Below are positions 39,724 through 49,925 of a stretch of DNA of 64,000 nucleotides, one piece after another. Positions within the stretch are counted from its first letter, which is position 1. The number at the start of each line of letters is the position of its first letter. The DNA is from Bdellovibrionota bacterium. GTDB lineage: Bacteria > Bdellovibrionota_G > JALEGL01 > DATDPG01. A program made the position numbers and the translations under genes. The notes beneath the pieces were generated by a model that was not told where the DNA came from, did no database searches, and saw only the letters and a program-made list of their open reading frames with translations. The stretch covers positions 1,216,001 to 1,280,000 of the forward strand of contig OY764265.1 of NCBI GenBank assembly GCA_963668355.1. Direction: 5' to 3'.

Positions 39724-41433
39724 ATGGACGTATTTCATCAAGTTGTAGTCGACCAGTTGGCGGAAATTTCCGGAAAGTCTCCGGAAACCATTGCCCCACT
39801 CATCGAAATTCCCCCGCAAGCCAATAAGGGAGATCGAGCGGTTCCTTGCTTTCAGTGGGCCAAAGAAGAAAAGGCCTCTCCAAAAGTCCTCGCTTCCCGA
39901 TGGCATAAGATGCTTCAAAGCCAGGGGCTTCCCCCCGAAATTGAAAAGGTGGAAGCGGTTGGGGGCTATTTGAACTTTTTCTTGAACCACCACTTTGTGG
40001 CGTCTCATGTATTGGGTGAAATTCGATCTCACCCCGGATCCTACGGGTATATCCAGCTTGAAAATCCCACAAACACCGTATTGGAATTTTCCTCTCCCAA
40101 TATTGCCAAACCCTTCTCGATAGGTCATTTGCGCACAACCAATATTGGCGCTGCCTTGGGAAGGATCTTCGAAGCGCGCGGCCACCGGGTCACGCGAATC
40201 AATCATTTGGGGGATTGGGGAACCCAATTTGGAAAACTGATTTCAGCGTATCGACGTTGGGGAAACGCGGAGCTGTTGAAGGATCATCCCATTCATCAAC
40301 TCTACAAACTTTATGTTCGATGGCATGAAGAAGAAATCAGCGATCCGACCTTGATTGAAGACGCGCGGGAATGGTTCTCCCGCTTGGAAGACGGAGACGA
40401 AGAAGCCAAAGAGCTGTGGGAATGGTTTCGAGAAGTCACCATTCGAGAATTAAAAACCCTCTATACAACTCTCGATGTCGACTTTGATCATTACTGGGGA
40501 GAGAGTTTCTATACCGGTCAATTGCTGAGCGTCTTGCAAGAACTCGAAGAAAAGAAAATTTCCAAGAAAAGCGACGATGCCACGATTGTTGATTTGGAAG
40601 AGGAGGGCTTAGCCAAATGTGTCGTAAGAAAAAGCGATGAAAGCTCTCTTTATATGACGCGCGATTTAGCCGCGGCCATCTATCGACAGGATCAATTCAA
40701 TTTTGATGAAATGATTTATGTGGTGGGGGCTCCTCAACGACTGCATTTTCAACAATTATTCAAAATTCTCGAAAAAATGGGCCATGCGTGGGCCAAAAAA
40801 TGCGAACACGTTGCGTTTGGTCACATGTCCTTTGGGGATGAAGCCATGTCCACCCGAAAAGGAAACATTGTTTTTCTTTCAGACGTTCTGGACGAAGCGG
40901 TGGCGTTGGCGCAGAAAATTGTCGAAGAAAAAAATCCCACGCTGGAAGACAAAGAAACCGTCGCCAAGAAAGTGGGTTTGGGAGCCATTTTATTTGCAGA
41001 CTTAAGTTCCAAGCGAATCAAGGACGTTCGATTTTCCTGGGATGAGATTCTGACTTTCGATGGAGAGACGGGGCCTTACCTGCAGTATTCTTTGGTTCGT
41101 GCAAAAAGCATTTTGCGTCGGTACGACAAACCCATTGAACCGGAAGTTCCGGAAGGAACGTTGCAGAAAAAAGAAGAAGCTGCGTTGGTCCGATTCTTAT
41201 CCAGATTTCCCTCGGTGTTAGCTAAAGCAGAAGAAGCCAGGGAACCTTTTTTAGTCGCTCAATATCTGGTGGGTTTGGCCAAGACGTTCAACAAATTCTA
41301 CACCGTTCATCGAATCTTGGATGCGCCGACCGAAGAGGATACGCGCGCCCGCGTGCTTTTGGTGTTTGCTTATGCGGATGTGTTGGATACGGGCCTACGA
41401 TTGCTTGGCATTCCCAGACCGGAGCAAATGTAA
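39724..41433 (+). CDS. argS: Arginine--tRNA ligase
   Basis: EFSSPNIAKPFSIGHLR, GDWGTQFG, MSTRKGN, GETGPYLQY, terminal PEQM. Confidence 0.96.
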   Translation: MDVFHQVVVDQLAEISGKSPETIAPLIEIPPQANKGDRAVPCFQWAKEEKASPKVLASRWHKMLQSQGLPPEIEKVEAVGGYLNFFLNHHFVASHVLGEIRSHPGSYGYIQLENPTNTVLEFSSPNIAKPFSIGHLRTTNIGAALGRIFEARGHRVTRINHLGDWGTQFGKLISAYRRWGNAELLKDHPIHQLYKLYVRWHEEEISDPTLIEDAREWFSRLEDGDEEAKELWEWFREVTIRELKTLYTTLDVDFDHYWGESFYTGQLLSVLQELEEKKISKKSDDATIVDLEEEGLAKCVVRKSDESSLYMTRDLAAAIYRQDQFNFDEMIYVVGAPQRLHFQQLFKILEKMGHAWAKKCEHVAFGHMSFGDEAMSTRKGNIVFLSDVLDEAVALAQKIVEEKNPTLEDKETVAKKVGLGAILFADLSSKRIKDVRFSWDEILTFDGETGPYLQYSLVRAKSILRRYDKPIEPEVPEGTLQKKEEAALVRFLSRFPSVLAKAEEAREPFLVAQYLVGLAKTFNKFYTVHRILDAPTEEDTRARVLLVFAYADVLDTGLRLLGIPRPEQM

Positions 41434-41437
41434 TCGA

Positions 41438-43165
41438 ATGAACCTGGTTTCTCGCGTTTTCGAATCCGCTGAGAAACACAAAGATCTCCCCGCCCTTCGG
41501 TGGAAAGAAGAGACGTGGCAGGAGATTTTTTATCGAGATTTTTCCTCTTTGGTTATCGATCTTGCTCGGGGACTTCGGGCGAAGGGAATCCATCCAGGGG
41601 ATCGGGTAGCCATTTACAGCATGAGCTGTCCGGATTGGGTGCTGTGCGACATAGCCATTTTGGCCTGCGGTGCGATTTCAGTCCCCATTTACAATACCAG
41701 CACCCCCGATGTTGTGGCGTACATACTGAATCACGCTGAAGCCAAAGCCATTTTGTCAGCCCCCGGAATTCATGCCGAGGTGGCAGCCAAGCTTCAGGAG
41801 ACACGCTTTTCCCAATTGCAGGCCTTTTCTTTTGATGACCTGGAAAAACTCCGTGAACTTGGGAAAACCATTCCAATCGCCTCTATCGAAAATGAAATTT
41901 CAAAACTCCAAGAGATTGACTTAGCCACGATCATCTACACGTCGGGAACAACGGCTGATCCTAAGGGCGTGATGTTGTCACATGGAAATATTCTTTCAAA
42001 CTGTGATGCCACCAAAAGCTTTTTCCCGTTGCGTCCAGGAGAGCGCTCCCTTTCTTTCTTGCCGTTAAGTCACGGTTTTGAGCGGATGGCGGGCATGTTT
42101 CTCATGTTGCTCAATGGCATTTCGATCAGCTACGTAAAAGATCCCACGCAGATGGCCGGAGATTTACAGGAAATTCAGCCGAACATCATGATGGTGGTTC
42201 CACGCGTTTTGGAAAAATTCTTTCTTCGCGTTCAAGAGGGAGTGCATCAGCGACCCAAACTCATGCAACGATTTTTTTGGTCCAGCGTTCGCCACGCCAA
42301 AAACTTGGATGAAAAGCAAATGGGACAGATGGATTGGAAACGACGTGTGGCCGATTGGTTCTTTTTTCGAAAAGTTCGAAATGGATTGGGAGGAAAACTA
42401 GAACTGATTGTGTCTGGAGGCGCTCCTTTGGCTCCCGAGATCGCACGTTTTTTCTGTGCGGTGGGAATGGAAGTGTTGGAAGGGTATGGATTGACGGAAA
42501 CCTCGCCGGTGGTTTGTGTGAACCGCCCTGGAAACATTCGGTTTGGGACGGTGGGTCCTCCTATGCCGGATATCGAGGTTCAAATTGGACCGCAGGGCGA
42601 GATTCTGGTGAGAGGCCCCAATATCATGAAAGGGTACTACAAAGACCCGGAGAACACGTCACGCGTGATCGATTCTCAAGGTTGGTTTCATACTGGAGAT
42701 ATCGGGCAGTTGGACGAAGCCGGACATTTGCAGGTCACGGATCGAATCAAGGAACTCATCGTGACCTCAGGAGGAAAGAATATTGCTCCCCAGCCCTTGG
42801 AAAACGAGCTGATTTTAGACCCTCTCATTGAGCAAGTGTGCATCATCGGGGATCGGAGAAACTATTTGACCGCATTGCTGGTCCCGAATTTCGAGTTGTT
42901 GGAACGAATGGCTCGGAAAGAAAATTTGGGGTTTTCGACGCATGCCAGTTTGGTTGGGCATCCGAGAGTGCTCGAGTGGATTCAAGAGGTCATGGATCGC
43001 TTCAACGCCAATAAATCCAGCTTTCAAACGATCAAAAACTTCACGCTTTTGAGTCGACCGTGGTCGATCGAAGAGGGCGAAATTACGCCCACACTCAAAT
43101 TGAAGCGGCGAGTCATCAATCAAGTTCATGCCCACGAGATCGACCGCATGTATCGAAAGCCCTAA
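41438..43165 (+). CDS. Long-chain fatty acid--CoA ligase (AMP-binding)
   Basis: YTSGTTADPKG, EGYGLTET, TGDIG, DRIKEL, TPTLKLKR; start ATG 41438. Confidence 0.9.
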   Translation: MNLVSRVFESAEKHKDLPALRWKEETWQEIFYRDFSSLVIDLARGLRAKGIHPGDRVAIYSMSCPDWVLCDIAILACGAISVPIYNTSTPDVVAYILNHAEAKAILSAPGIHAEVAAKLQETRFSQLQAFSFDDLEKLRELGKTIPIASIENEISKLQEIDLATIIYTSGTTADPKGVMLSHGNILSNCDATKSFFPLRPGERSLSFLPLSHGFERMAGMFLMLLNGISISYVKDPTQMAGDLQEIQPNIMMVVPRVLEKFFLRVQEGVHQRPKLMQRFFWSSVRHAKNLDEKQMGQMDWKRRVADWFFFRKVRNGLGGKLELIVSGGAPLAPEIARFFCAVGMEVLEGYGLTETSPVVCVNRPGNIRFGTVGPPMPDIEVQIGPQGEILVRGPNIMKGYYKDPENTSRVIDSQGWFHTGDIGQLDEAGHLQVTDRIKELIVTSGGKNIAPQPLENELILDPLIEQVCIIGDRRNYLTALLVPNFELLERMARKENLGFSTHASLVGHPRVLEWIQEVMDRFNANKSSFQTIKNFTLLSRPWSIEEGEITPTLKLKRRVINQVHAHEIDRMYRKP

Positions 43166-43183
43166 GGGCCGCGTCCCTTAAGG

Positions 43184-43676
43184 ATCCCCTCGCAAACGGA
43201 CTAAGCAAGTGAGATCCGTTCACTCGATAAAACAGCTTCGCTAACGGCAAATGCTTTGGTTGGCATTGCATCGAATCTCGACACATGATAGACAGCTCCG
43301 CCGTGGGCCGTTAGGGCTATCTTAATTAAGGGCCCGTCCTTAAAGGGAATGGCGGACGTTCCCTTAATAATCCCCTCGCAAACGGACTAACCAAGTGAGA
43401 TCCGTTCACTCGATGAGACAGCTTCGCTAACGGCGAATACTTTGCTTGGCATTGCATCGAATCTCGACACATGATAGACAGCTCCGCCGTGGGCCGTCAG
43501 AGCTATCTTAATTAAGGGCCCGTCCTTAAAGGGAATGGCGGACGTTCCCTTAATAATCCCCTCGCAAACGGACTAAGCAAGTGAGATCCGTTCACTCGAT
43601 GAAGCAGCTTCGCTAACGGCAAATGCTTTGGTTGGCATTGCATCGAATCTCGACACATGATAGACAGCTCCGCCGT

Positions 43677-43686
<10 letters not shown>
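43184..43686 (+). repeat. 186-bp tandem repeat (~2.7 copies), each copy ending in the tRNA-Lys promoter and first 10 nt of the tRNA
   Basis: ATCCCCTCGCAAACGG at 43184, 43370, 43556; GGGCCGT(T/C)AG at 43305, 43491, 43677. Confidence 0.95.
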
Positions 43687-43752
<66 letters not shown>

Positions 43753-43902
43753 ATCTTCGCGAGGGTAAACTGAGCGAATACTGCCGCGCCGTAGGCAAGC
43801 GAAAGCCGGATGTGTTTTTCGACTTGGATTCTACGACAAGGCAGACCGAATTGAGCAAAAGGGAGGTCGGGTTCGTCGAGTTAAAGGCCCGGCCTCACTT
43901 TT

Positions 43903-44364
43903 TTAGTCTTTCATCGTAAGCACAGGCACCCCGGAAATCCGAACGACGCGCTCCGTAACACTTCCCAGAAATAGATGGGAGATTCCCGATCGGCCGTGTG
44001 TGGCCATAACGATCAGGGAAACGTCTTTCGACGCAGCATAACCACAAATTGTCTCGGCCATGGTTCCGGTTCTCAAAGCCGTTGTGATCGGTACGTCTTC
44101 GGGGGCTTGAAGGGCTGTGGAAAATTCCGTCAATCGCTGATCGAGTGTTTCTTTTACGCCGTCTTCGATGTCTCGGGCAGAGTCTAAGGAGTGGCCGTAC
44201 ATCGACACCACGGCATCGGTTTCTAACACGTGAAGCAGGTGGAGGGTGGCTTTGAACTTCTGACAAAAATGCACCACCTCTTTCCCAATTTCCAGGGAGG
44301 CGTTTGAAAAATCTGTCGGATACAGGACGGAAGAAATCTCCGTTAAGCGATTTGTTTCTGACAT
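43903..44364 (-). CDS. Universal stress protein
   Basis: VLYPTDFS, LHLLHV, LIVMATHGRSG...LGSVTERVVR..PVL. Confidence 0.92.
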   Translation of the reverse strand: MSETNRLTEISSVLYPTDFSNASLEIGKEVVHFCQKFKATLHLLHVLETDAVVSMYGHSLDSARDIEDGVKETLDQRLTEFSTALQAPEDVPITTALRTGTMAETICGYAASKDVSLIVMATHGRSGISHLFLGSVTERVVRISGVPVLTMKD

Positions 44365-44397
44365 TTAAAAAAGATTATACCAGTTTCTGAAAGAAAC

Positions 44398-44802
44398 TTA
44401 GACGTGCTGTTGTTGGAATTCCCAGAACTGTTCTGGAAGAATGGGATTTTTCTCACGGATCCATTGTTGAACCAGCGAACGAGACGCAAAAGAAGCCAAA
44501 ACCTCAGAGCCCACAACGCCAGAAGCGGGATAAGGTTCATCCACAGCAAAAAGAGGGAGCCCGATGGTTTGCCTGGACTCAGCGGGATGAGGAGGTTTTT
44601 TAGACCGTTTATCCAGAAAAAGATCCACATGTCCCGAATGAATCACATAAACGCCGTAGGGATGGTGATCTCGATAAAATAAAACGGAACCCGCAGCATA
44701 CTTTCGGGGAGGGAGAATTTCCTTCCAGGATTTAAGTTGCTCATCGGTCAGCGTGATGAGCAGTTTGGAGAGTCGCTCGCTCTGCCGCTTGGAAATTCCC
44801 AT
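44398..44802 (-). CDS. Stand-alone cyclic-nucleotide-binding (Crp-type) domain protein lacking an HTH
   Basis: Y.AG.VLFY.....GVYVIHSGHV...IGL......YPAS. Confidence 0.7.
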   Translation of the reverse strand: MGISKRQSERLSKLLITLTDEQLKSWKEILPPRKYAAGSVLFYRDHHPYGVYVIHSGHVDLFLDKRSKKPPHPAESRQTIGLPLFAVDEPYPASGVVGSEVLASFASRSLVQQWIREKNPILPEQFWEFQQQHV

Positions 44803-44836
44803 TCACGTGTTGTATTGAGTTCGAGGCAAGGGCGAC

Positions 44837-44850
44837 ATGATCTAAATCAG
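44837..44850. promoter_or_regulatory. FNR-like box (ATGAT-CTAA-ATCAG)
   Basis: TGAT-N4-ATCA dyad 35 bp upstream of the 44802 start, directly after the Crp/Fnr gene. Confidence 0.55.
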
Positions 44851-44873
44851 GCTGAAGTGTGAAAAAATGAGGG

Positions 44874-45578
44874 CTAGCTCTCGATGTTGGCTTCGGCCAA
44901 GAGACCCACCGGGTCTTTGACGATGATGCGCTTGCCTTCTAAGGCCAAATACCCCTCATCGCGAAAATCAGAAAGAAGCCGAATGACGGTTTCCGAGGTG
45001 GCTCCTATCATGGACGCGAGTTCTGCGCGTGTCAGACGGACATCGATTTCAACACCGTCTCCAACCTTTTTCCCCCGGGTTTGTTGCAAAACCATGAGAA
45101 GCTCACTCAAGCGCTCTCGAACGCCTTTATTGATCATATTGGAAAGACGGGTTTCCGTTTGCGCCAACTCTGATCCAAGGCGACGCATAACGTTAAACGC
45201 AAGAAGAGGATCTTCCTTCGTGAGCGTCATGATGAAGTGCTTATCAATAAAGCAAACCATGGCATCTTGAATGACTTCAGCCGTAGAACCATGTTCAGCA
45301 TCAGATAAAAGGCTTCGATATCCCAGAACGTCTCCAGGTCCGGCCAACCGAAGAATGGTTTCTTTTCCGTCCGCTCCGCTTTTGAAGACTTTGATCTGTC
45401 CACTGGCGATGCAGAAAATGCCTTTGGGTGGGTTTCCTTCGTAGTAAATATTTTGCCCGCGAGAATAGTGGTTGGTGGTTTTAGCTTGGTTTAAAAGCTC
45501 CAGGCGCTCCTGACTCAGATCACCAAAAATTCCGGATGACTTGGTTGGGCAAGCTGTGCACTGCGGAGCCGTCTTCAT
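44874..45578 (-). CDS. Crp/Fnr family transcriptional regulator with N-terminal CxxC
   Basis: CTAC; cNMP domain; HTH LTRAELASMIGATSETVIRLLS. Confidence 0.92.
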   Translation of the reverse strand: MKTAPQCTACPTKSSGIFGDLSQERLELLNQAKTTNHYSRGQNIYYEGNPPKGIFCIASGQIKVFKSGADGKETILRLAGPGDVLGYRSLLSDAEHGSTAEVIQDAMVCFIDKHFIMTLTKEDPLLAFNVMRRLGSELAQTETRLSNMINKGVRERLSELLMVLQQTRGKKVGDGVEIDVRLTRAELASMIGATSETVIRLLSDFRDEGYLALEGKRIIVKDPVGLLAEANIES

Positions 45579-45862
45579 TTCGCGAAGGACATTACGATTC
45601 CTTTAAACTTACGTCAACCCATGGTTTCCCTTTTTATTTCAGCACCTTAAACCGGGCTAAGTAATTTTTTTGCCCATGTAAATGGCCGAAAACATTCATC
45701 TTTTTTATTGGGGCGGCGCGGGCGCTTTTAGCTCGTTTCTGCGCTAGATCAGTTTTATTTTCCTGTGGATGGAACAGGTTTCAAAAAGGAGCATAGAACA
45801 GCTTTGTGAATCTGACGCCTCTCATAGCGCGGTTGGGCTTTTCTCCCGTATACAACCAGAAC

Positions 45863-46267
45863 ATGAGTCGGCGATTACCCAAACATGACCACGAAGGCAT
45901 TCGTCAAGTCGCCAGAGACATCGAATCCGCCATGGAAGGAAATCGCGTAGACGATTTTTTTGAAGCCGTGGATCTTATGTTTCACACGGTGGTCACCCAC
46001 ATACGATCCGAGGATTCTTATTTGGGGATTTACCATGAAATCGAACACGCGGTTCCCAGACTTCAATACTATGTTCGAGATTTAAGAGAGCAACACGAAG
46101 AGATTTTGAAACAATTGAACGAAGCTCGGGCGTTAACCAAAGAAGAATTTTCCAAAGCTAAAAGCATCATGAAAAACTGCCTGGCGTTATTGCATCACCA
46201 TGAACGTGGGGAAGATAATCTCATACACGAAGCCTATTATTTGGAATTGGGCTCACCCGGAGCATAA
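45863..46267 (+). CDS. Hemerythrin-like (HHE) protein
   Basis: H...HIRSED...L...EQHEEI...HHHERGED metal-ligand pattern. Confidence 0.7.
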   Translation: MSRRLPKHDHEGIRQVARDIESAMEGNRVDDFFEAVDLMFHTVVTHIRSEDSYLGIYHEIEHAVPRLQYYVRDLREQHEEILKQLNEARALTKEEFSKAKSIMKNCLALLHHHERGEDNLIHEAYYLELGSPGA

Positions 46268-46316
46268 GCAAAACCACTCTCATTCGTTTGAAGCCTTGTG
46301 ATAGTCTTACGCCGCT

Positions 46317-47018
46317 ATGACAAACCCCTTGGTCGTTGTTCCCACCTACAATGAAAAAGAAAACATCGGCCGACTTCTTCCCGTTTTGCTGGGACTTCCT
46401 TCCAACTTTCATGTCCTGGTTGTGGATGATGGTTCTCCGGATGGAACGGCCGACATCATAAAAAAACATACGGAGTTAAATTCCCGCGTCTTCCTTTTGG
46501 AAAGAGAAGAAAAAAAAGGGTTGGGTACGGCCTATCTGTTTGGTTTTCAATGGGCCTTGGACCATGGATACTCACACATCGCCCAAATGGATGCAGATTT
46601 TTCCCATGACCCGAATGATCTGGAGAGACTCTTGGCCGAAACGGAAACCGCAGATCTGGTTTTAGGGTCTCGATACATTCCAGAAGGTGGCGTGAAGGGG
46701 TGGGCGAAACGAAGAGAGTTCTTGAGTCGTGGGGCCAATCTTTATGCAAGACTGTTCACACGCGTTCCCGCACATGACTTGACCGGAGGATTTAAATGCT
46801 ATCGCCGTGAGGCTCTGGAAAGTTTAGATTTTTCAAAAATTGGTTCCTTGGGATACGCGTTTCAAATTGAAACAACGACCAATGTGTTTCGAAAAGGATT
46901 TCGAATTCGGGAAATTCCCATTGTGTTTCACGAACGAACTTGTGGCGTGAGCAAACTGTCTGGCCATGTGGTTTGGGAGGCCATTTGGGTGGTGCTTCGG
47001 TTGGGTTGGCTGAGGTGA
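46317..47018 (+). CDS. Polyprenol-monophosphomannose synthase-like GT2
   Basis: PTYNEKENI, VDDGSPDGT, GLGTAY, MDADFSH, GSRY, DLTGGFK. Confidence 0.9.
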   Translation: MTNPLVVVPTYNEKENIGRLLPVLLGLPSNFHVLVVDDGSPDGTADIIKKHTELNSRVFLLEREEKKGLGTAYLFGFQWALDHGYSHIAQMDADFSHDPNDLERLLAETETADLVLGSRYIPEGGVKGWAKRREFLSRGANLYARLFTRVPAHDLTGGFKCYRREALESLDFSKIGSLGYAFQIETTTNVFRKGFRIREIPIVFHERTCGVSKLSGHVVWEAIWVVLRLGWLR

Positions 47019-48439
47019 ACCGAAAACAAAAATTCTTGGCGTGGGGACTCCTCATCTTGGTGGGTTTGGCGCTTTATCTTCCCAGTCTATCCGTGCCCTA
47101 TATTTACGATGACTATCTTCATTTCGTCGACAATCCCCGCTTGCAAGAAGCCTCAACATTATCGGATGTATTCTTCAACGGCCGCCAGGAAACGCGACCG
47201 GTATTCAACCTTTCCTTATTTCTGCAGAGCTACTTCTTTGGAATGGATGCCGTTGCTGCCCATGCTGGGAATGTTTTCATTTTCTTTCTTTGTGTGGCGG
47301 GACTCATCTTTTTTTTAAAAGCTCTTTCTTTGCCCCCAAAAGCCGTTTGGATTACGGCTTTTCTCTTTTTGGTTCATCCCATCAATGTCGAAAGTGTGGC
47401 CTATTTTAATTCGCGCTCCGGATTGTTGGCGCTCACATTTGCCCTTTGGGCACAACCCTTCCTTCTAAAACCGAAATGGCGTTCCTTCTGGGTGGGGATG
47501 TTTTTTTTGATCTTGGCCATGGGGTCCAAGGAAGATGGGGTCGTGGGTGTGCTCTTGGCTTTGTGGACACAGCTTTTTTTACATTGGAAAGAAAAGCGAA
47601 AGCCTTGTCCCTGGCGCCTGGCCAGCATGATTGCTTCTTTACTGGTTCTACCCCTCATTTACGCCGTTTTTCGGTCACCCCACCTAAACACCGTCGGCGC
47701 GGATGTGGCTCCATGGAATGTGTACGTTTTGGAGCAGGGAAGAAATCTGGTTCTGCACCTGTCCACATTTTTCATTCCCTATCCTTTAACGTTTGATCGA
47801 GATCTCTCCTCTTGGATGAACTCTTGGGAAGTGTTGATGGGCTGTTGGTTAATCCTGGCCTTTTTCGTCCATATGGCCTGGCGCTTTCGTCACTCCTGGA
47901 TTTCCTTCGGGTTTGTTTGGGCCTTGTTGGCTTTGCTTCCCACACACTCTTTCGTTCCAGTCTTGGATGTTCATGCGTCCCGGATTCTATTTCCCATGGT
48001 TCCAGCCTTGGCGTTGGCGACACATTTTGTTTTGGTCAAATACCTTGGAGAAATCCGAAAAGCTTACGTGGTTGCCTTATCGATTCTTCTCATCGGATTT
48101 TCGAGCCTGACGTTTCACAATATTCAGGTTTGGCAAGAACCCCTTCGTGTGTGGGAGCGAAACGCCCGTCAAGCACCGTCGCGTTGGCGAACGTGGGTAA
48201 ACCTCGCCGTGGAATGCGGAGAAAGTGGAAAATGGCGAAAGGCACACAAAGCGATTTTACAAGCTAGAAGATTGGCTCCGGAAAGACCGGAGGTTCTATA
48301 CAATCAGGCCGTGATCTACGCGGTTCGGAAGGACGCCCAACGAAATTTGAAACTGGCGAAACACTTTTTATTGGAAGCCTTAAAACGAGATCCCCACCAC
48401 AAAAGAGCCCAACAATTACTGAAACGAATTTCCCCGTAA
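47015..48439 (+). CDS. TMTC-like GT-C membrane glycosyltransferase with C-terminal TPR
   Basis: YDD after TM1, RP, HPINVESVAY, SKE, R.L.P, WQ....W, TPR tail; GTG 47015 overlaps the GT2 stop. Confidence 0.75.
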   Translation: MNRKQKFLAWGLLILVGLALYLPSLSVPYIYDDYLHFVDNPRLQEASTLSDVFFNGRQETRPVFNLSLFLQSYFFGMDAVAAHAGNVFIFFLCVAGLIFFLKALSLPPKAVWITAFLFLVHPINVESVAYFNSRSGLLALTFALWAQPFLLKPKWRSFWVGMFFLILAMGSKEDGVVGVLLALWTQLFLHWKEKRKPCPWRLASMIASLLVLPLIYAVFRSPHLNTVGADVAPWNVYVLEQGRNLVLHLSTFFIPYPLTFDRDLSSWMNSWEVLMGCWLILAFFVHMAWRFRHSWISFGFVWALLALLPTHSFVPVLDVHASRILFPMVPALALATHFVLVKYLGEIRKAYVVALSILLIGFSSLTFHNIQVWQEPLRVWERNARQAPSRWRTWVNLAVECGESGKWRKAHKAILQARRLAPERPEVLYNQAVIYAVRKDAQRNLKLAKHFLLEALKRDPHHKRAQQLLKRISP

Positions 48440-48519
48440 CCGGTTGTTTTGAAACTCGGCGTCCGCCTTCGCTAAAACTTCGGCGGGACATCCTTCGCTC
48501 GGTTACACCTCGCGAAGAC

Positions 48520-48595
<76 letters not shown>

Positions 48596-48669
48596 AGCCG
48601 AAAAACGAACAGGCTAACTAGAGCAATTTCTCGGTTTTGGCAAGAATCTCTCGCAGAGATCTGCGCTTT

Positions 48670-49875
48670 TTAAAGCTCTACGCCAACGCCCACAGAGATC
48701 GTTTGCACGATGGCCTCATACTCGCCCGGGGCAACATTCACCGCATTGAGCGGGATGGTTCGGTCGCCAAAACGGGCATTATACGTGGCTTGCAGAGAGT
48801 ATTTGCTCCAATTGAATGCCAGACCGCCCGACACGTCATGGGCCGCGATGTCCCCAACCACTCGATTCATCACTTCATTGGGAATCGATTCATTAAAGTC
48901 TTTGGCATATCCCGCACGCAGGCCCAAAGCTTCGGTGAGCCAATATTCTGCGCCAAAATGGACCGTGTGGGAGTCATCCCAGTTCTGGGGAAGAGAAAGC
49001 GCCAGCCCCGCAGCGGCTGAAGTCACATCAAAGGATTCGATTTCAGAGTTGCGCTCGTAACTGTAACCCACGGATAACGTGAGATCATTCATGGGGTGAA
49101 AAGCCATGGAGCTCATCACCAGCGTGGGAAGCGTGAAGCCCATTTCAACTGGAAGCGTTCCGCTGGCGGCAAAGGCGGCATTTCCACCCAGGCTCAATTC
49201 AACGGGAGCCCGATACGTGGCGCCGAGAGAAAACTCTTTGCAGGGTTTGTATAAAAAGCCTGCGGAAGGTGCGACGCCCCAAGCCGAAAGGTCGAGGTCA
49301 TCCAGCGTATCAATGCCCACGCCCGGAATGCTGATGAGCTGCCCTTTGAGGGAGTTGGAGACGCGAATGATGCGAAGAGAAAATCCAAGACTCAAATCCG
49401 AAAAAGCTTTCCATGCCACAGCGGGAGCAATTTCCATCGAGTAAATCCGACCCTCATTGGGGTTGGTTACAATGGAAGAAGCCGTTTCATATTTTCCCCC
49501 GTTTCCGTGAGGAAAGAACACGCCCAGACCAAAATAAACCGGTTTGGCAATGGCCGTCGTGTATGCAAAATTGACGGTCGGTAGAAACTCTCGGTCGGCG
49601 GATTCGGTCGGAGCGCCTCCCGCAGGCATGTAGTCCTCCTGCGTAATGATTCCATCCATGCCCAAATAAAAAGCGTGTTTCTTGGATTGGGTGAGTCCCG
49701 CCGGGTTGTGATAAATCGCCGTGGGGTCATCGGCAATCGCTGAAAAAGCGCCGCCCATCCCAATGGCCTTGGCCCCGACATTGACCGGTTTAGACAATCC
49801 GGAAGCCCAAGCCGAGGTTCCCAAAGAAATTAAAAATAAAAAGGTGAAGAGTGGTGCAGCAAAATGTTTTTTCAT
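48670..49875 (-). CDS. OmpP1/FadL family outer-membrane transporter
   Basis: ASG...GAKAIGMGGAF.AIADDPTAIYHNPAGL signature; barrel strands. Confidence 0.88.
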   Translation of the reverse strand: MKKHFAAPLFTFLFLISLGTSAWASGLSKPVNVGAKAIGMGGAFSAIADDPTAIYHNPAGLTQSKKHAFYLGMDGIITQEDYMPAGGAPTESADREFLPTVNFAYTTAIAKPVYFGLGVFFPHGNGGKYETASSIVTNPNEGRIYSMEIAPAVAWKAFSDLSLGFSLRIIRVSNSLKGQLISIPGVGIDTLDDLDLSAWGVAPSAGFLYKPCKEFSLGATYRAPVELSLGGNAAFAASGTLPVEMGFTLPTLVMSSMAFHPMNDLTLSVGYSYERNSEIESFDVTSAAAGLALSLPQNWDDSHTVHFGAEYWLTEALGLRAGYAKDFNESIPNEVMNRVVGDIAAHDVSGGLAFNWSKYSLQATYNARFGDRTIPLNAVNVAPGEYEAIVQTISVGVGVEL

Positions 49876-49925
49876 GAGAGCTCCTTAACCTAAGAGATTA
49901 AACGTACAAAAAATCCTTACAAGTT

